Source: Lingula anatina (lineage: Eukaryota; Animalia; Brachiopoda). From it: 64,000 nucleotides of DNA. The stretch spans positions 3,720,001 through 3,784,000 of the forward strand of contig CM120647.1 of the NCBI GenBank assembly GCA_051362555.1, in the 5' to 3' direction. The translations under genes and the position numbers were made by a program. Shown here one piece after another: positions 42,301-53,000 of this stretch. Position 1 is the first letter of the stretch. Every line of letters begins with the position of its first letter. The notes beneath the pieces were generated by a model. It saw only the letters and a list, made by a program, of their open reading frames with translations. It did no database searches and was not told where the DNA came from.

Positions 42301-43307
42301 ATCGCACACGGTCCAACAGTTGTTTATGGCTAATAAATGTTATTAAAAGTAAATTAAAACTTCCACGACTGATTTACATGTACTTTTGTGTTTGAATTCT
42401 CTAGGTTGATGATATAGAATCTAAACTGGACCAACTCATAGAGATGTACGAGAGCGACAGGACGTGCCAGCAAGGAAAGCCGTCATGCGGAGGGTGCCCC
42501 TCTCCAAACAGCCCGCGCCCTGTCCCTCCCGCACCCCCGCCCTCGCCGCGGTCACCTCCCACACGGAACGGGGCGACATCTAACGGCGAGGTTAAACTCA
42601 AGTCAATTTTAGTCGATAAAGATAAGCAGACTAAAGACAGGTTAACAGTTCAAAATCACCATGGCAACCCAGGGAGGAATCCCAAAAGACCAATGCAAAA
42701 ACATTTGTCGGATTTAGGACCCAGATACAAAAAGAGAGTGACGCTAGTTCATAACGGATCCGAGTCCTCAATGGCCGAGGAAGCGGCGGTAACGGAAAAG
42801 GCCGAACCTATCCGGAGGACGACGAGTTTGCCAGCGACGTCAAACGCACGTGATCTGTCAATGGAAATGATGATGGACTTCAAGGGGTCTGAAAAACGGA
42901 ACTCCCTGCCGGGGCCCCAGCAGCATAGTCATCTTCCTAGCGTGGATATTGTGAAAGAGAACTTTAAAGGGAATAACCCCCATCGCGTTTCTACCAACTC
43001 CATTTCAAATAATCACCTAGGAAAACAAAAACGAATGAATAGTGTTCTTGTGGAGATGGAGGAAGAAATCGAACCATGTGAAACTGACAAGTTATTAAGT
43101 GACCCAGATGTAGATAATTCTTTCGATAGCCCTAGAAATGACGATGTCGTTTTACAAATGACCGAAAGTGATTCGGACAATGGATTAACGTTTTCATTTA
43201 ATGGTTCCAACGATACAAGGATCAGTTCTTCGCTTCCAAATCATTTACCAGAGTCTGAACCCCTTCTTCAAGGTTCCGATGAGATAGACGTGAAGATACT
43301 AGTATGA
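23370..43307 (+). CDS. KCNQ: KCNQ/Kv7 voltage-gated potassium channel alpha subunit, 5'-partial. Join 23370-23460, 24695-24821, 25506-25678, 29173-29298, 30046-30156, [31569-31753 OR 32475-32665], 33959-34147, 40390-40463, 41173-41377, 41723-41819, 42405-43307; about 760 codons in window
   Basis: All introns are GT-AG with matching phases. The translation gives S1-S6, S4 [18 protein letters not shown], filter TVGYGD, S6 [19 protein letters not shown] helix A, helix [15 protein letters not shown] and helix [12 protein letters not shown]. Confidence 0.97.
24311..24348. repeat. (CA)n microsatellite
   Basis: Directly visible. Confidence 0.97.
24695..24821 (+). CDS. KCNQ: KCNQ exon: S2 and S2-S3 linker ([42 protein letters not shown])
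   Basis: cttccag acceptor, gtgaat donor, 127 nt; EY.LR.WS.GCRS.Y.G..GRLRF.R.P motif. Confidence 0.96.
25506..25678 (+). CDS. KCNQ: KCNQ exon: S3, S4 voltage sensor and S4-S5 linker
   Basis: ttttccag acceptor, gtgagg donor; [58 protein letters not shown]. Confidence 0.97.
25877..26142. repeat. 38-bp minisatellite, 7 copies, with a 114-bp higher-order unit
   Basis: Unit acaacatctacatgtagcttacaccaccacacaaaaat; the variant order in copies 2-4 recurs in copies 5-7. Confidence 0.95.
29173..29298 (+). CDS. KCNQ: KCNQ exon: S5, turret and pore helix
   Basis: Poly-T tract plus ag acceptor, gtaagt donor; [42 protein letters not shown]. Confidence 0.97.
29761..30019. mobile_element. Palindromic MITE (CAGG...CCTG ends) just upstream of the pore exon
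   Basis: caggccttataaacggattaagcgtttactaacactaccc pairs with gggtagtgtaagtaaacgcctaatccgtttataaggcctg; the arms extend about 95 bp; no clear TSD. Confidence 0.85.
30046..30156 (+). CDS. KCNQ: KCNQ exon: selectivity filter and S6
   Basis: tttttccag acceptor, gtgagt donor; [37 protein letters not shown] (not in the ORF track). Confidence 0.97.
30187..30442. mobile_element. Palindromic Tourist-like MITE just downstream of the pore exon
   Basis: tta|gatcccattc...atcgatctagcaggatcgaccca ... tgggtcgatcctgctagatcgat...gaatggggtc|tta; TTA TSD. Confidence 0.88.
31569..31753 (+). CDS. KCNQ: KCNQ alternative exon A: distal S6, pre-helix A and IQ helix A
   Basis: ttaacacag acceptor, gtatgt donor, 185 nt (phase 0 to 2); [62 protein letters not shown]. 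Confidence 0.95.
32475..32665 (+). CDS. KCNQ: KCNQ alternative exon B, a paralogous copy of exon A
   Basis: tttctctctcgtag acceptor, gtatgt donor, 191 nt (phase 0 to 2); [64 protein letters not shown], no stops. Confidence 0.93.
33959..34147 (+). CDS. KCNQ: KCNQ exon: helix A-B linker ([38 protein letters not shown]...)
   Basis: ttttatcag acceptor, gtagga donor, 189 nt (phase 2 to 2); SFV.RL.TIRR resembles my recollection of the Drosophila KCNQ linker. Confidence 0.88.
37267..37501. mobile_element. Tc1/mariner-like MITE
   Basis: TIRs cacactggacaatagacgtgtcacccct / aggggtgacacttctattgtccagtgtg; TA on the left flank only. Confidence 0.72.
40390..40463 (+). CDS. KCNQ: KCNQ linker exon ([24 protein letters not shown])
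   Basis: gttttctag acceptor, gtaggg donor; its phase 2 to 1 bridges the phase-2 end at 34147 and the phase-1 start at 41173. Confidence 0.8.
41173..41377 (+). CDS. KCNQ: KCNQ exon: helices B and C
   Basis: atttcag acceptor, gtaggt donor; [53 protein letters not shown]. Confidence 0.97.
41723..41819 (+). CDS. KCNQ: KCNQ exon: helix C-D region ([32 protein letters not shown])
   Basis: gtcttccag acceptor, gtatgc donor, 97 nt (phase 2 to 0). Confidence 0.95.
42405..43307 (+). CDS. KCNQ: KCNQ last coding exon: helix D coiled coil plus long low-complexity tail ending KILV
   Basis: ttctctag acceptor; [16 protein letters not shown] continues in frame into ORF 42444-43307 and a TGA stop. Confidence 0.93.
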   Translation, partial: VDDIESKLDQLIEMYESDRTCQQGKPSCGGCPSPNSPRPVPPAPPPSPRSPPTRNGATSNGEVKLKSILVDKDKQTKDRLTVQNHHGNPGRNPKRPMQKHLSDLGPRYKKRVTLVHNGSESSMAEEAAVTEKAEPIRRTTSLPATSNARDLSMEMMMDFKGSEKRNSLPGPQQHSHLPSVDIVKENFKGNNPHRVSTNSISNNHLGKQKRMNSVLVEMEEEIEPCETDKLLSDPDVDNSFDSPRNDDVVLQMTESDSDNGLTFSFNGSNDTRISSSLPNHLPESEPLLQGSDEIDVKILV

Positions 43308-43320
43308 AATCATATTGAAG

Positions 43321-43441
43321 CCCTTACGAAAAAGTCCTTTAGGATCCTATAAGATCCTATAGGACCCTTTAGGAAATTGGCCCAATTTCCTATAGGATCC
43401 TATAGGATCTTATAGGATCCTATAGGACTTTTTCGTTAGGG
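43321..43441. mobile_element. 121-bp palindromic MITE (CCC...GGG ends, 2-bp AG duplication; CACTA/EnSpm-like) in the KCNQ 3' UTR
   Basis: Two 60-nt arms with 4 mismatches, built from 11-bp ggatcctatag repeats; flanked by AG on both sides. Confidence 0.85.
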
Positions 43442-45043
43442 AGGAGTTATTCCAACAAGTTGTTGAAACTTTTCTTTGTGTTTCGTGGGTCTTTTTTATA
43501 TTTGTTAATTTTATCCGTTGATTTTTAAATTACGAAATAGTTACTGTAGTACTTGTTCATCTTTTTGCTAATTCTACTGCCATCTATCGGAGAACTAAGG
43601 AATGAAAATGAGCGCTAGATCTGAATGAATGTATTTGTATTTATTTACTTTTTTTATACAGATGTATTTCAGGACACAAGTGCTGAAATACAGTTCGAAA
43701 ATTGTTGCCTTTGATATATTTAATGTATTTATGTTTTAAATTCGCCGGTTTGTTACCAAAGCATCCCGTGTGTTAAGCTAAATGTAAACGTTGTTTGTTC
43801 GTTTAATTGGAAAGGAGATAATTACCTTATTTCAGGCGGGTATATATGTAATATTTACATATCTATTACTTTCGGAATTACAAAGGGTAATCACATATAA
43901 GCAAAACAAAGCAAAACAAAACAATATATTATCTAATTTAAGCCTTTTTTCTAATCGTTTTGAGGCGGGTCCTTCTAACGAAGTACTAGTATAATAGTAC
44001 CTCCAACTATCACTGAAATAAATAAAAACAATCTCGTCATGGGTGTTTTTTAGTTAATTTACCGTTTACCATGTTACCAATATAACTTGGATTATCCAAA
44101 TCGGCAAAAACCTATAAAAACGAATTTTAACACAACTCCCCTGTCAATAATATGGTCTGGTTTTTACGAAGCACAAAAAGCGTGTTAAAATAAGCAACAA
44201 TATTTTGCTTAGTAATTGAAAAAAAAAACACGGGGTTATCTGTTGGCCAAGTGTCTGCTCTATAAAAAGATATCCCCAAACTTTATAATCATGTAAGTAA
44301 CTTGCATCAGTTTTAAGCCTACATACTCGGTGCTTACCTTTGTTGCATGTGCACATATGGCCGAAAACTTTTGAGGCAAATAAGTAGCACAAGTTCAAGT
44401 ACACAAAAATATTTCATTTAAAAAAAAAACAATTACCTCATCTAAAATGACACATGCACATGGACTCCACTCAATAAAACTCATAGAGGCTGCATTTTTC
44501 TTCTCTAACACAATTAATCCATGGCTATTTTCTTTCTTCGAGGACCGTGGAAATCAGCTTTCTCTACTACTTCACGCCATTTGCACTATGTCAGGTTTTA
44601 TATTGCAGGGTTTAGTAACACCGGGGACATTGAACATGTTCAAGGAAATGGCGATCCTTTGATAAGACACGTGTTTTCACTCTCAAAACTTTATCAGCGG
44701 AGGTTCTATCACTTGACCGTCATTTCTATCTCCCTGATTGCCATAGAGATGCTGATTGTTGACAGACAGGGATATAGGTCAACAAGGTGTGTGTTTAGTG
44801 ACATGTGTTTAGGAGGCTACAGGTACTTGTACATGTATGGTGACACGTGGTGTGCTGTCATGGGAAGGCGTTGCCTGGGGATGTACAATGATTGGACATG
44901 TTCAGCATAATCTGCTCAAAGTTGCTACATACAGTATATCATAACGTTTTACACGTAAGTACATGTTCATATACAGTTTGGTGTGTGGTCATTTGTGTTT
45001 CCCAATGACCGCAACACTAGGCATGAAATAAGATGGTACAATT

Positions 45044-45201
45044 CAGGGCCGTAGCCAGGGGGGTTCGGGGGGGGGGAGTCGAAAGATCCAACTTTTTGCT
45101 CTCAAAAGGCGCCCTCTGGGAAACTTTTATCTATACATGACTGTTTCATGGCAAAAGGGACACTCTTTTCAGAAAAAGACCCCCCCTGGGTACGGGTCTT
45201 G
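45044..45201. mobile_element. hAT-like MITE remnant
   Basis: cagggccgtagccagggggg ... cccccctgggtacgggtcttg imperfect TIRs. Confidence 0.55.
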
Positions 45202-46662
45202 TACGTTGTACAAAACACTGCATCGATCTTGGACGTGTGATGTGCAACGCCTGATACCTCTAAGCGTCTGCTGGCTCAAGTATACACAGTGTAAATTGTG
45301 AATAATTATTTCTTATATGTATTTTACTTTTAATTGAATTTACTAGCACATATTACGATTAATGATGGTGGACGCCCTCTTTTGCTCATTGTCACTACGA
45401 GTTTTAAGTCTTGCATTTATAGTACAGTCTAGAAGGTGCCGATGGTGGAGAATTCGAAGTCGACGCGCACAGGTATAAGTATGCATCCACTCATAATAGT
45501 ATAAGTGGAGGGTTATAACTTAGATATTCGGGCACTGTGTATTGAAATGTCAGTGCATTGGCGTGTGTGCTGTTCATCAGGTGGTTTTTAATGATTATTA
45601 TAATATTTATGATATAGTTTATACTTATGTATATTTATCATGGCACTTTATTCACATTATCAAGATAATAATTAAATGATGTTTTTTTTCTGTTGAATTT
45701 CAGCTTCCATCACAAACAAAGGACATCGGAGATATCTGCTGTGGGATGATGCGATAACAGTTCTAATGCGTAATTGTCTGGTAACAAGGCTATGTCATAG
45801 CTGGAAGAAAGCTGTTCATTGGAGGTTCATTCATCCGCGCATGTTGGATTCAACCGGGAAATAATTGATGCATTCACATACGAACTGTACGAAAAACGCC
45901 TCGTTACAGCCTATGCCAATGAAAATCCCCGAAGAAGGCCCATGGGCCGAAAGCTCGGATTGTATTTTACAACTGTAATGTAGATTTTCAAAGGTGCATT
46001 AATATATGTACTTCTAAGCCTATGCTTTTCTTTCGGCAGTAAGCACTATTGGCTGTCCATGTAAGCTGAAGTTACACACGTACTGAAACGTCTAAGTTAA
46101 TGTCACCAAGTCCATTTATGATTCTGATTGAAAGTAAAGGAAAGGCAGTCCGAGGAACACATGGATGACTGCAAACATTAATGGCTTAATATTATTTGAT
46201 TGTCTGGTTTAGCAATCCGAAGATATGCCCAAGTAGTTTTGTAGAATGATAATTGCTTGCAGGAAAAAGAAAAAATATTTCCACCGCTTTATGTAAAATG
46301 CATTATGATTTATAATTGTCCGACGCTTTGTTGTTCAAAAGACAACAATTTTATTCAGATGATTAAATAAGTCCTATTTAAGCCAAAAACACAATATGCA
46401 ATTTAAATGTTCGAGTTAATTAACCTTTTTGGGATAGAATTTCTTAAAAAATCATTTGTTCAACTTAGAATTAAAATAAAAAGAATTGATCTTTTAATGA
46501 GTTGTGATCCCTTTATCTCTAACGTACGTTTGGAGTCGGCTGTCATACCGACTGAGCTATTGCAACAGAGAATCGCAACTACTTCAGAACAAACCTTTAT
46601 TGTTATCTGAGTCTAACTTTCTTTTTATTTCACAAAATAAAGTTTAAAATATAGTTTCTCTA

Positions 46663-46871
46663 GGACTCGATCCTGTCATCTTGTGGTTCTAAGTCTAGCA
46701 CGCTACCGATTCCTCTATTCCCCCAACCACCCTCCCTAAAACTTGGATTTTCTCTTTATAATTTGGGACATTATTTGTTTTTATATTTTGACAAAATATC
46801 ACCCCATGGGGGACTCGATCCCCTCACCATTTTGTTAATTCCCAAAAAGTAACGTTACCGATTCATCTATT
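46663..46871 (-). mobile_element. Two tandem tRNA-derived (SINE-head-like) degenerate units
   Basis: The minus strand has an A-box-like tagaggaatcggtagcg and a B-box-like ggatcgagtcc at 46663-46719, repeated at 46811-46871; no intact cloverleaf. Confidence 0.5.
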
Positions 46872-49781
46872 CACCCAATGGTCAAAGTTTTGAGTTGGAT
46901 CTTCTCTTTGTTATTACAAAAATGTTAAGTGAATTTTGCATTGGTTATAAGAGTAAATTAGAGTCTGCTACTAACTTTTGTTAACTTCTGGAGAATGACA
47001 TTCAACATCAAAATAATTCTTTTCATGTTCGCAAAGACTGGTACGATTCAGAGAAACCGTCGGACCAGTATTACTACAATCACTCACAACACAAAAATAA
47101 AGATTTTAAGCATTTATTCACACTTTAAATACACCAACTAACAAAAGGGTTACAAAATTATTGACAATGAGAAAGGAAGCTAATATTTCACATTTAATGC
47201 AAAATACGCCTAGCAGAAATACCTCACATTATTTATGAGCAATAAAACATGCACAACAGTCGATGTTACGACTACAGTCATTAATATTTAGAAAAGAGTC
47301 ATTAATTTTAGAAAAGAAGACATCGAAAACAACTTACAGAAAAATACATATATATGATGAATGAAAAGTTTGCTCGCCAGAAAAAATTAACAAGTTGCTT
47401 AACGAGCGGGGGCTCTCTGTGAATAGATTAGGAGGGCGGATAATAATTTTGTTTAACGGGTATATAGCTTGTAACAACTAAATTTTGGACCTGTTTTTTG
47501 GTGCTTTGTTTAATATAATTTCACACTGTGGGCAATTTTGGTACACTTGTTTTGACGTTACTTTTACGTTACTTAAGAACTGAATAAAAAAACAGGCGCG
47601 TTACATGTACTTGGCCGTCAGCTGAAACGTTTACCTCTCTTACATACAGAGGTTATTCTACTCCATTATCTAAAGAGATGCTAACAATTTTATAGAAAAA
47701 TCACTCACATACATTACTTTTTAATTTCCATTTTAAAATGTCATTTGTTCCGAGCATCTTGAATGAATACAGGAATATTCTTCGGCTCATCCCAAGATTA
47801 AAAACGGTATAGCTCGTACAGTTACTGTTGCTAATACATATTATAAAATAAATTGCAAGCAATGCTGTCCTTATATAAACTTTCTTCCAAATCAGATCCG
47901 TCATTAAAGTATGGGTCTTAAATGACATCGTTAGATTACATAACAATCAATGACACATGGATTCAATAATATCATATTCATCTGTGATAATAATCCTTGA
48001 TCATATCGAAACACTATACCTGTAGACATCTTTATAGTCGACTGCACATGCGCGTCGTATCCTAAAGCACTAGGCTGTTTATCGTTGTGAATAATTACTT
48101 AAGCTTGTAACTGCACCTACGACTACTGCTTGTGTAACACCAGGAATACATGTTAGCTGTGTAAAAAACAATTGTTGTGAATGGAGTGTTGACATTCAAT
48201 AAACCCTCATGCTGATATGCATTTTGTTCCACAACTTGTACATATGCCACGTTCTTGACAGCACTAAATCGCGACTGAAAAGTATATGAACGCCACAGCA
48301 ATGGTGTTCGTACGGTGTACAACATTTATATGTAAACAACAATGTAAATATCCACATGAATGAATCCAATTTACCGGGTAGAATTTTATTGTAGAAAAAC
48401 CACCCGCAGTATCACCAAAACGACAAGATTGCTTACAACAAACCACGTATGACAGTTATACTACATTGTAGTAGTGTCCCACATGTCCTGCATTGGCTTC
48501 CACTTTAGTCGAAGTGTGAAACTTGAAATATCTATGTCGTTTTACCAACCAACTTGTTCACCAAGTCTACTGATGGCGCCATATAAATCCTTGCTGACCG
48601 TGTCCAGTATTCACGACATTGTTTATATCCTAAAGAACTACTTTCGGTATAAATGCTTATATCTAACCATGGGTGATCCTAGAAGAGTAAACAGGCAGCC
48701 TCTGCAATTTTCGAAAATCCAATATGGCCGCCTCTGTCAACTTCATACCGAGGCTCCAAGATGGGATGAGGGGAATTTCTGAGCACAGTACGCACGCGCA
48801 TGTGAGTAGATTTGCACTGGCATCAATCATAGTTCGGGAATGGGTGATTATACATAAACAGACACTGTTGAATATATTAAAGGTACGACATGTGCCTCCT
48901 CAAAACAACGTACCGGTACGTTGAAGTCTTGGGGGTCGCAAACACAGAAATATTCAGCTTGGAAACAGAAGAACATATATGATAACCTGTGCATTGAAAT
49001 ACTGTAATTCCTTTTATATTGGCTGCCAAAATTTGTGGTGAAAGTTGTTTTTCCGTTATGTAAATGTTACTAATTAAGTTGCCTCGGCCACATTAATTTG
49101 CAGAACGGCAGGTATCTTACAAATAAACAATTTTTATCATGCAGTTTAACTCTGTTGCATTTTTACGTACAGTGTATTTACAGAATGCCAAGTGACTGCT
49201 TTCGTGGGTTTAACCGCGTAATTTTTTTTTCAAACTTTTTCTAGATTCGACCGGAAATTTATTACACACTGCAGAAGGAAGACCAAAAATTGTAAGCGCT
49301 TCGGGCAGTGAGTAATAGCATCAAGATAAAACACACACAGAGCTTAAAATGAAAGGGAACACTGACACATTTAATTGCCAAACAGTTAATAAAATCAGAA
49401 CACTAACAGCATAATAGAAGCTACACTAATGGTAAAATAGTCATTAATGCCGTGGCGTCTTGAGGTGCACTGTCTTATTTGCAATAAATTTAAACAGTCA
49501 AGAATCACACTAGAGCAAACGCTTGAAAATATATTAGGAAAAAACTATGGAAATAAACCGTTACGAAATGTCTCTCTCTACTTAGGGTTGTTGTTTCATA
49601 ATATCTGGAGATGATAATTTCAGGCCAATTACATTGGGCTGTCTGATATCATGTATGGCGACACAGTTCAAAACAGATGACAACAGATATGGATAATCTT
49701 TTGATTAAAAGAACTGCCAATATGTCAGAAAATTCATCGTATGCCCACATGTACGCGTTAATAGTCCAGGGCTAAGGCTTA

Positions 49782-50004
49782 TTAATACCGGGGGTATGTA
49801 CATGTAAAGCCAACCGCTGATTGTGCTTCATTGAGACAAATTTCTTGGGCCTCTTTAACTGCACCTTCAAAGGACTCTTCCTCCATTACAATAACACCGG
49901 TATCAAAGCCATAACGGATCCGGGGAGGAGCAACTACTTCAAGGTTTAAGCGATCATTTGTCGGGCTGGGGTCAATAAAACGTCCTAAAGACGGATTTGT
50001 CCAC
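49782..50004 (-). CDS. CILP: CILP-like last coding exon (WTNPSLGRF...VAPPRIRYGFDTGVIV...AQEICLNEAQSAVGFTCTYPRY*)
   Basis: ttgtttgttttag acceptor, phase matches, TAA at 49784-49782; resembles the CILP C-terminus (LAP.DPLGHNYGIY...AKEIALGRC...ALTFNC). Confidence 0.82.
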
Positions 50005-53000
50005 CTAAAACAAACAAGAATGCATACAACTGAACAAAATGAAAAAATAACGACGATAGCTTTTGTGAATAGTCAGTTAAACATAAACTTTTCATTACTT
50101 ACATTTGCAACACCGGTGACAACTTTGAAAAAAGAAACCTGATAAGGCTTTGTGATAAAGTAGAAGCGTGGTGAACCCGCGTGAGATGTCCATTTCCAAT
50201 TCAATTTCATTTTATTATTAATTTACTAGACATTTCAAAAAAGTTTTAGAAAAATTTTTAGAAGAAGGGTACGCCTTAAGGCACAGCTCTTTTTAGACCA
50301 TATCCTGAGAGCGAATTATAAATTAATTGAAGAAAACAAAAACAGTACGCACGTGTGATTGCAGACAAGTTGTTGGTCAGCGGTGGTGTTGGCGACCACG
50401 CGTACAGTCACGTTGGTGTTTTCATCCAGGAATGGAGGGTTTAAGCTCGGCCCGGGGCACCTTATCTGTAAACATGCTACGTGTTTTGTCTGGTGGTGTC
50501 TCGATGAACAGGTAGCTGTGCCAAGATGTTTGCCGCCATGAATGCCACTGTCGACAAAGGAAGTCATTTCGGATTGGATCGGCTGTCTGTACTGAAATAA
50601 AGAACACGTATATTTTATGCTATTATGAAGAAAATTATTGGGCTGTGACTGCCTCAGAACGGTAAGCGTGAACATGAAATATATCATATTGTAACGCTAA
50701 CCCCTCCGTTTGGATTCCAAAACCACATTTCCACCCAATATCCTTATAAATTCACTTTGGTACGGTTAGCTGTTACATACCTGACCCCCAGCTTTATTTG
50801 ATTCCCCCTACTACAGTTGTTACCATCAATTATTAGAAACTTGAATTTTAAAATGACAAAACTACTACTACAGTGCATTGACGATGCATGGAAGCTGCCA
50901 TGTTTGCTACTCAATGATGTGACCTTCACCGCGCGCGCAGCTCGTGCCCTAGGCGACTGCTGTCACTTGTTTACCACTTCATGCTGAGTCCTGCTCCACG
51001 CGACTGCTGACGTTACCGCGTCAGGGTATTGTTGTGTTTCTTTATTTAACTGTTCGAAACACAATCGGTATGTACAGTAAAAACAAATGCTGCCACCATC
51101 TGGCAGTCATAAGTCTTCTTTATTTCTTCTTACGACTGAAAGTTTTCTTGTACAAACTTCAGGCTAACCCTTAGGCTGAAAACCTCTAATTGGATAACTC
51201 TTAAACTAACTGTAAAACAACCACTCTTCTATCCCGCTCCTCTACACAACTCTACTCTCCTCAACACTATCCCGCTAAGTCGCTTCCCCTATATATGCGA
51301 CAGATGCTTAAGCGCATGCAGCCCGCTCTGTTCCCCATTGACGGAATTTGGATACTACTTATTGCGAGAATTACCATCACAAAGGTATATAACTTGACCA
51401 TAACTGATGATAAGATTTTCTGTGCAAAATAGATTTCTTTCAATTTTAGTTCAGTTTATAAATTACATATAACATTTAAACGTACATTGGGGGTTCATGT
51501 CCTACGTACGCATGTGAAAACTAATAAATACTATATAATGACTTTTTATAGAATTTATTTTGTGTTATGGTAAGCTTATAAAATCTAGGGATTACTCCAC
51601 TAATCCCAAGAGGAGCTTATTTTCTGGTGCTGGTCACGAGTAGCAAGTGCTTTACCCTGGACTCCGGTAATCTGCAATTAAAGGGATAATAAATGCTCGT
51701 TTTGGCCAAAAAATGAATTTTCCTGGAGTAAATAACTATTTCTTCATATTTTCCGATGGTTAATAATCCAATTCTGTATTCAAAGTTAGTCTCTGTGTTT
51801 TTTTTTACAAAAGTTTGTTTTTTATAATAATCTGTTAAGAGATTTATATAGAGTATAACCATCTATGGAGGTCACGTGGTCTAAAGACAAGCTAAGATAT
51901 CAGAATATTAGCTATAACTGCCGTTTTTGTGGTAAAACAGAATATATTATATTTCTATGAGTTGTTTACAATGTTTTTTTTTATTGTGAAATAGAGATCT
52001 CATATGAATAGTTATTATCATTTTAAACTGTATTGAAGACTACTTTTGTAAAAGTGTTTTTTTAACTTCGGTTTTGACTATTGAAATTAACTTAGGCAAT
52101 AGGATCAAGAGACTTAAAAATCATAAAGACAGTTATTGTTGAAAGATATCTAAAAATGAGTAGTCTTGACCATTGGAACAGTTAACAATTATTTTTAAGA
52201 GATAAATTATAACATTCTCAAATTACTTTGTTGTTGTTTTAAACATTTACAACGTATTGTGGCTAAGATTTAAATGTCTTTAGTGCCAGAAAAAAATTTA
52301 AAAAAATTTACCATCGTTCATACCTTTGAAGATTTATTAAGCATAACAAGGCTGTGGACTGAACGGGTGAATGGCAAAGGCAGTCGGATGATACGCATAA
52401 CTACCAGAGAGAAATTTTGGACCCTTCTTTATTTCATACTTTCTACTTCCTGCTTAGCTGCCCAGCTTATGATCAGATAGTGGGGGAGGGGGGGGGGGAC
52501 ACGGCGAATTCACTGCTTATATTAATCGAAATAACTCTACGTTACAGAATGCTTATACTGTCTTTGGAGTAGCTAACTGCCAAAATTGTAAACCCTTTGT
52601 TTAAAATTAAACCCGTACCCAAGCAAACCCGTACTCAAATTTTCAAAGGTCAGAAAAAACTCTAAACCCCGTATATGGTTCCTATCTAACTCTGCATGGT
52701 GAAGTGGATACCAACTTTGACTAGCATTATTGGCAATTGGAGGATAGATAAAACCTAGACTTAAGAATGGCATTTTTGATGCAACCCATGCCAGTCAGTA
52801 AAATCGGGGTACTCGGTGTGTGTACCCCTATCAAAAAAATAAAAAAAATATTGAGACAGGAGGAATGTGAACTGACAGGGTGAATGACAAAGAGAAGTGG
52901 ATGATAGAACTTACTGCCAGCTAACAAAAGCCTTCTCTATTTCAGTTTTTACTTCTTGCTTACCTGCCCAACTTATGAAGACCTGTGGCGCCCCATTATG

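Noticed and set aside
46663-46719. Functional tRNA gene
   Set aside because: The anticodon and acceptor stems do not pair; only A/B-box-like remnants remain.
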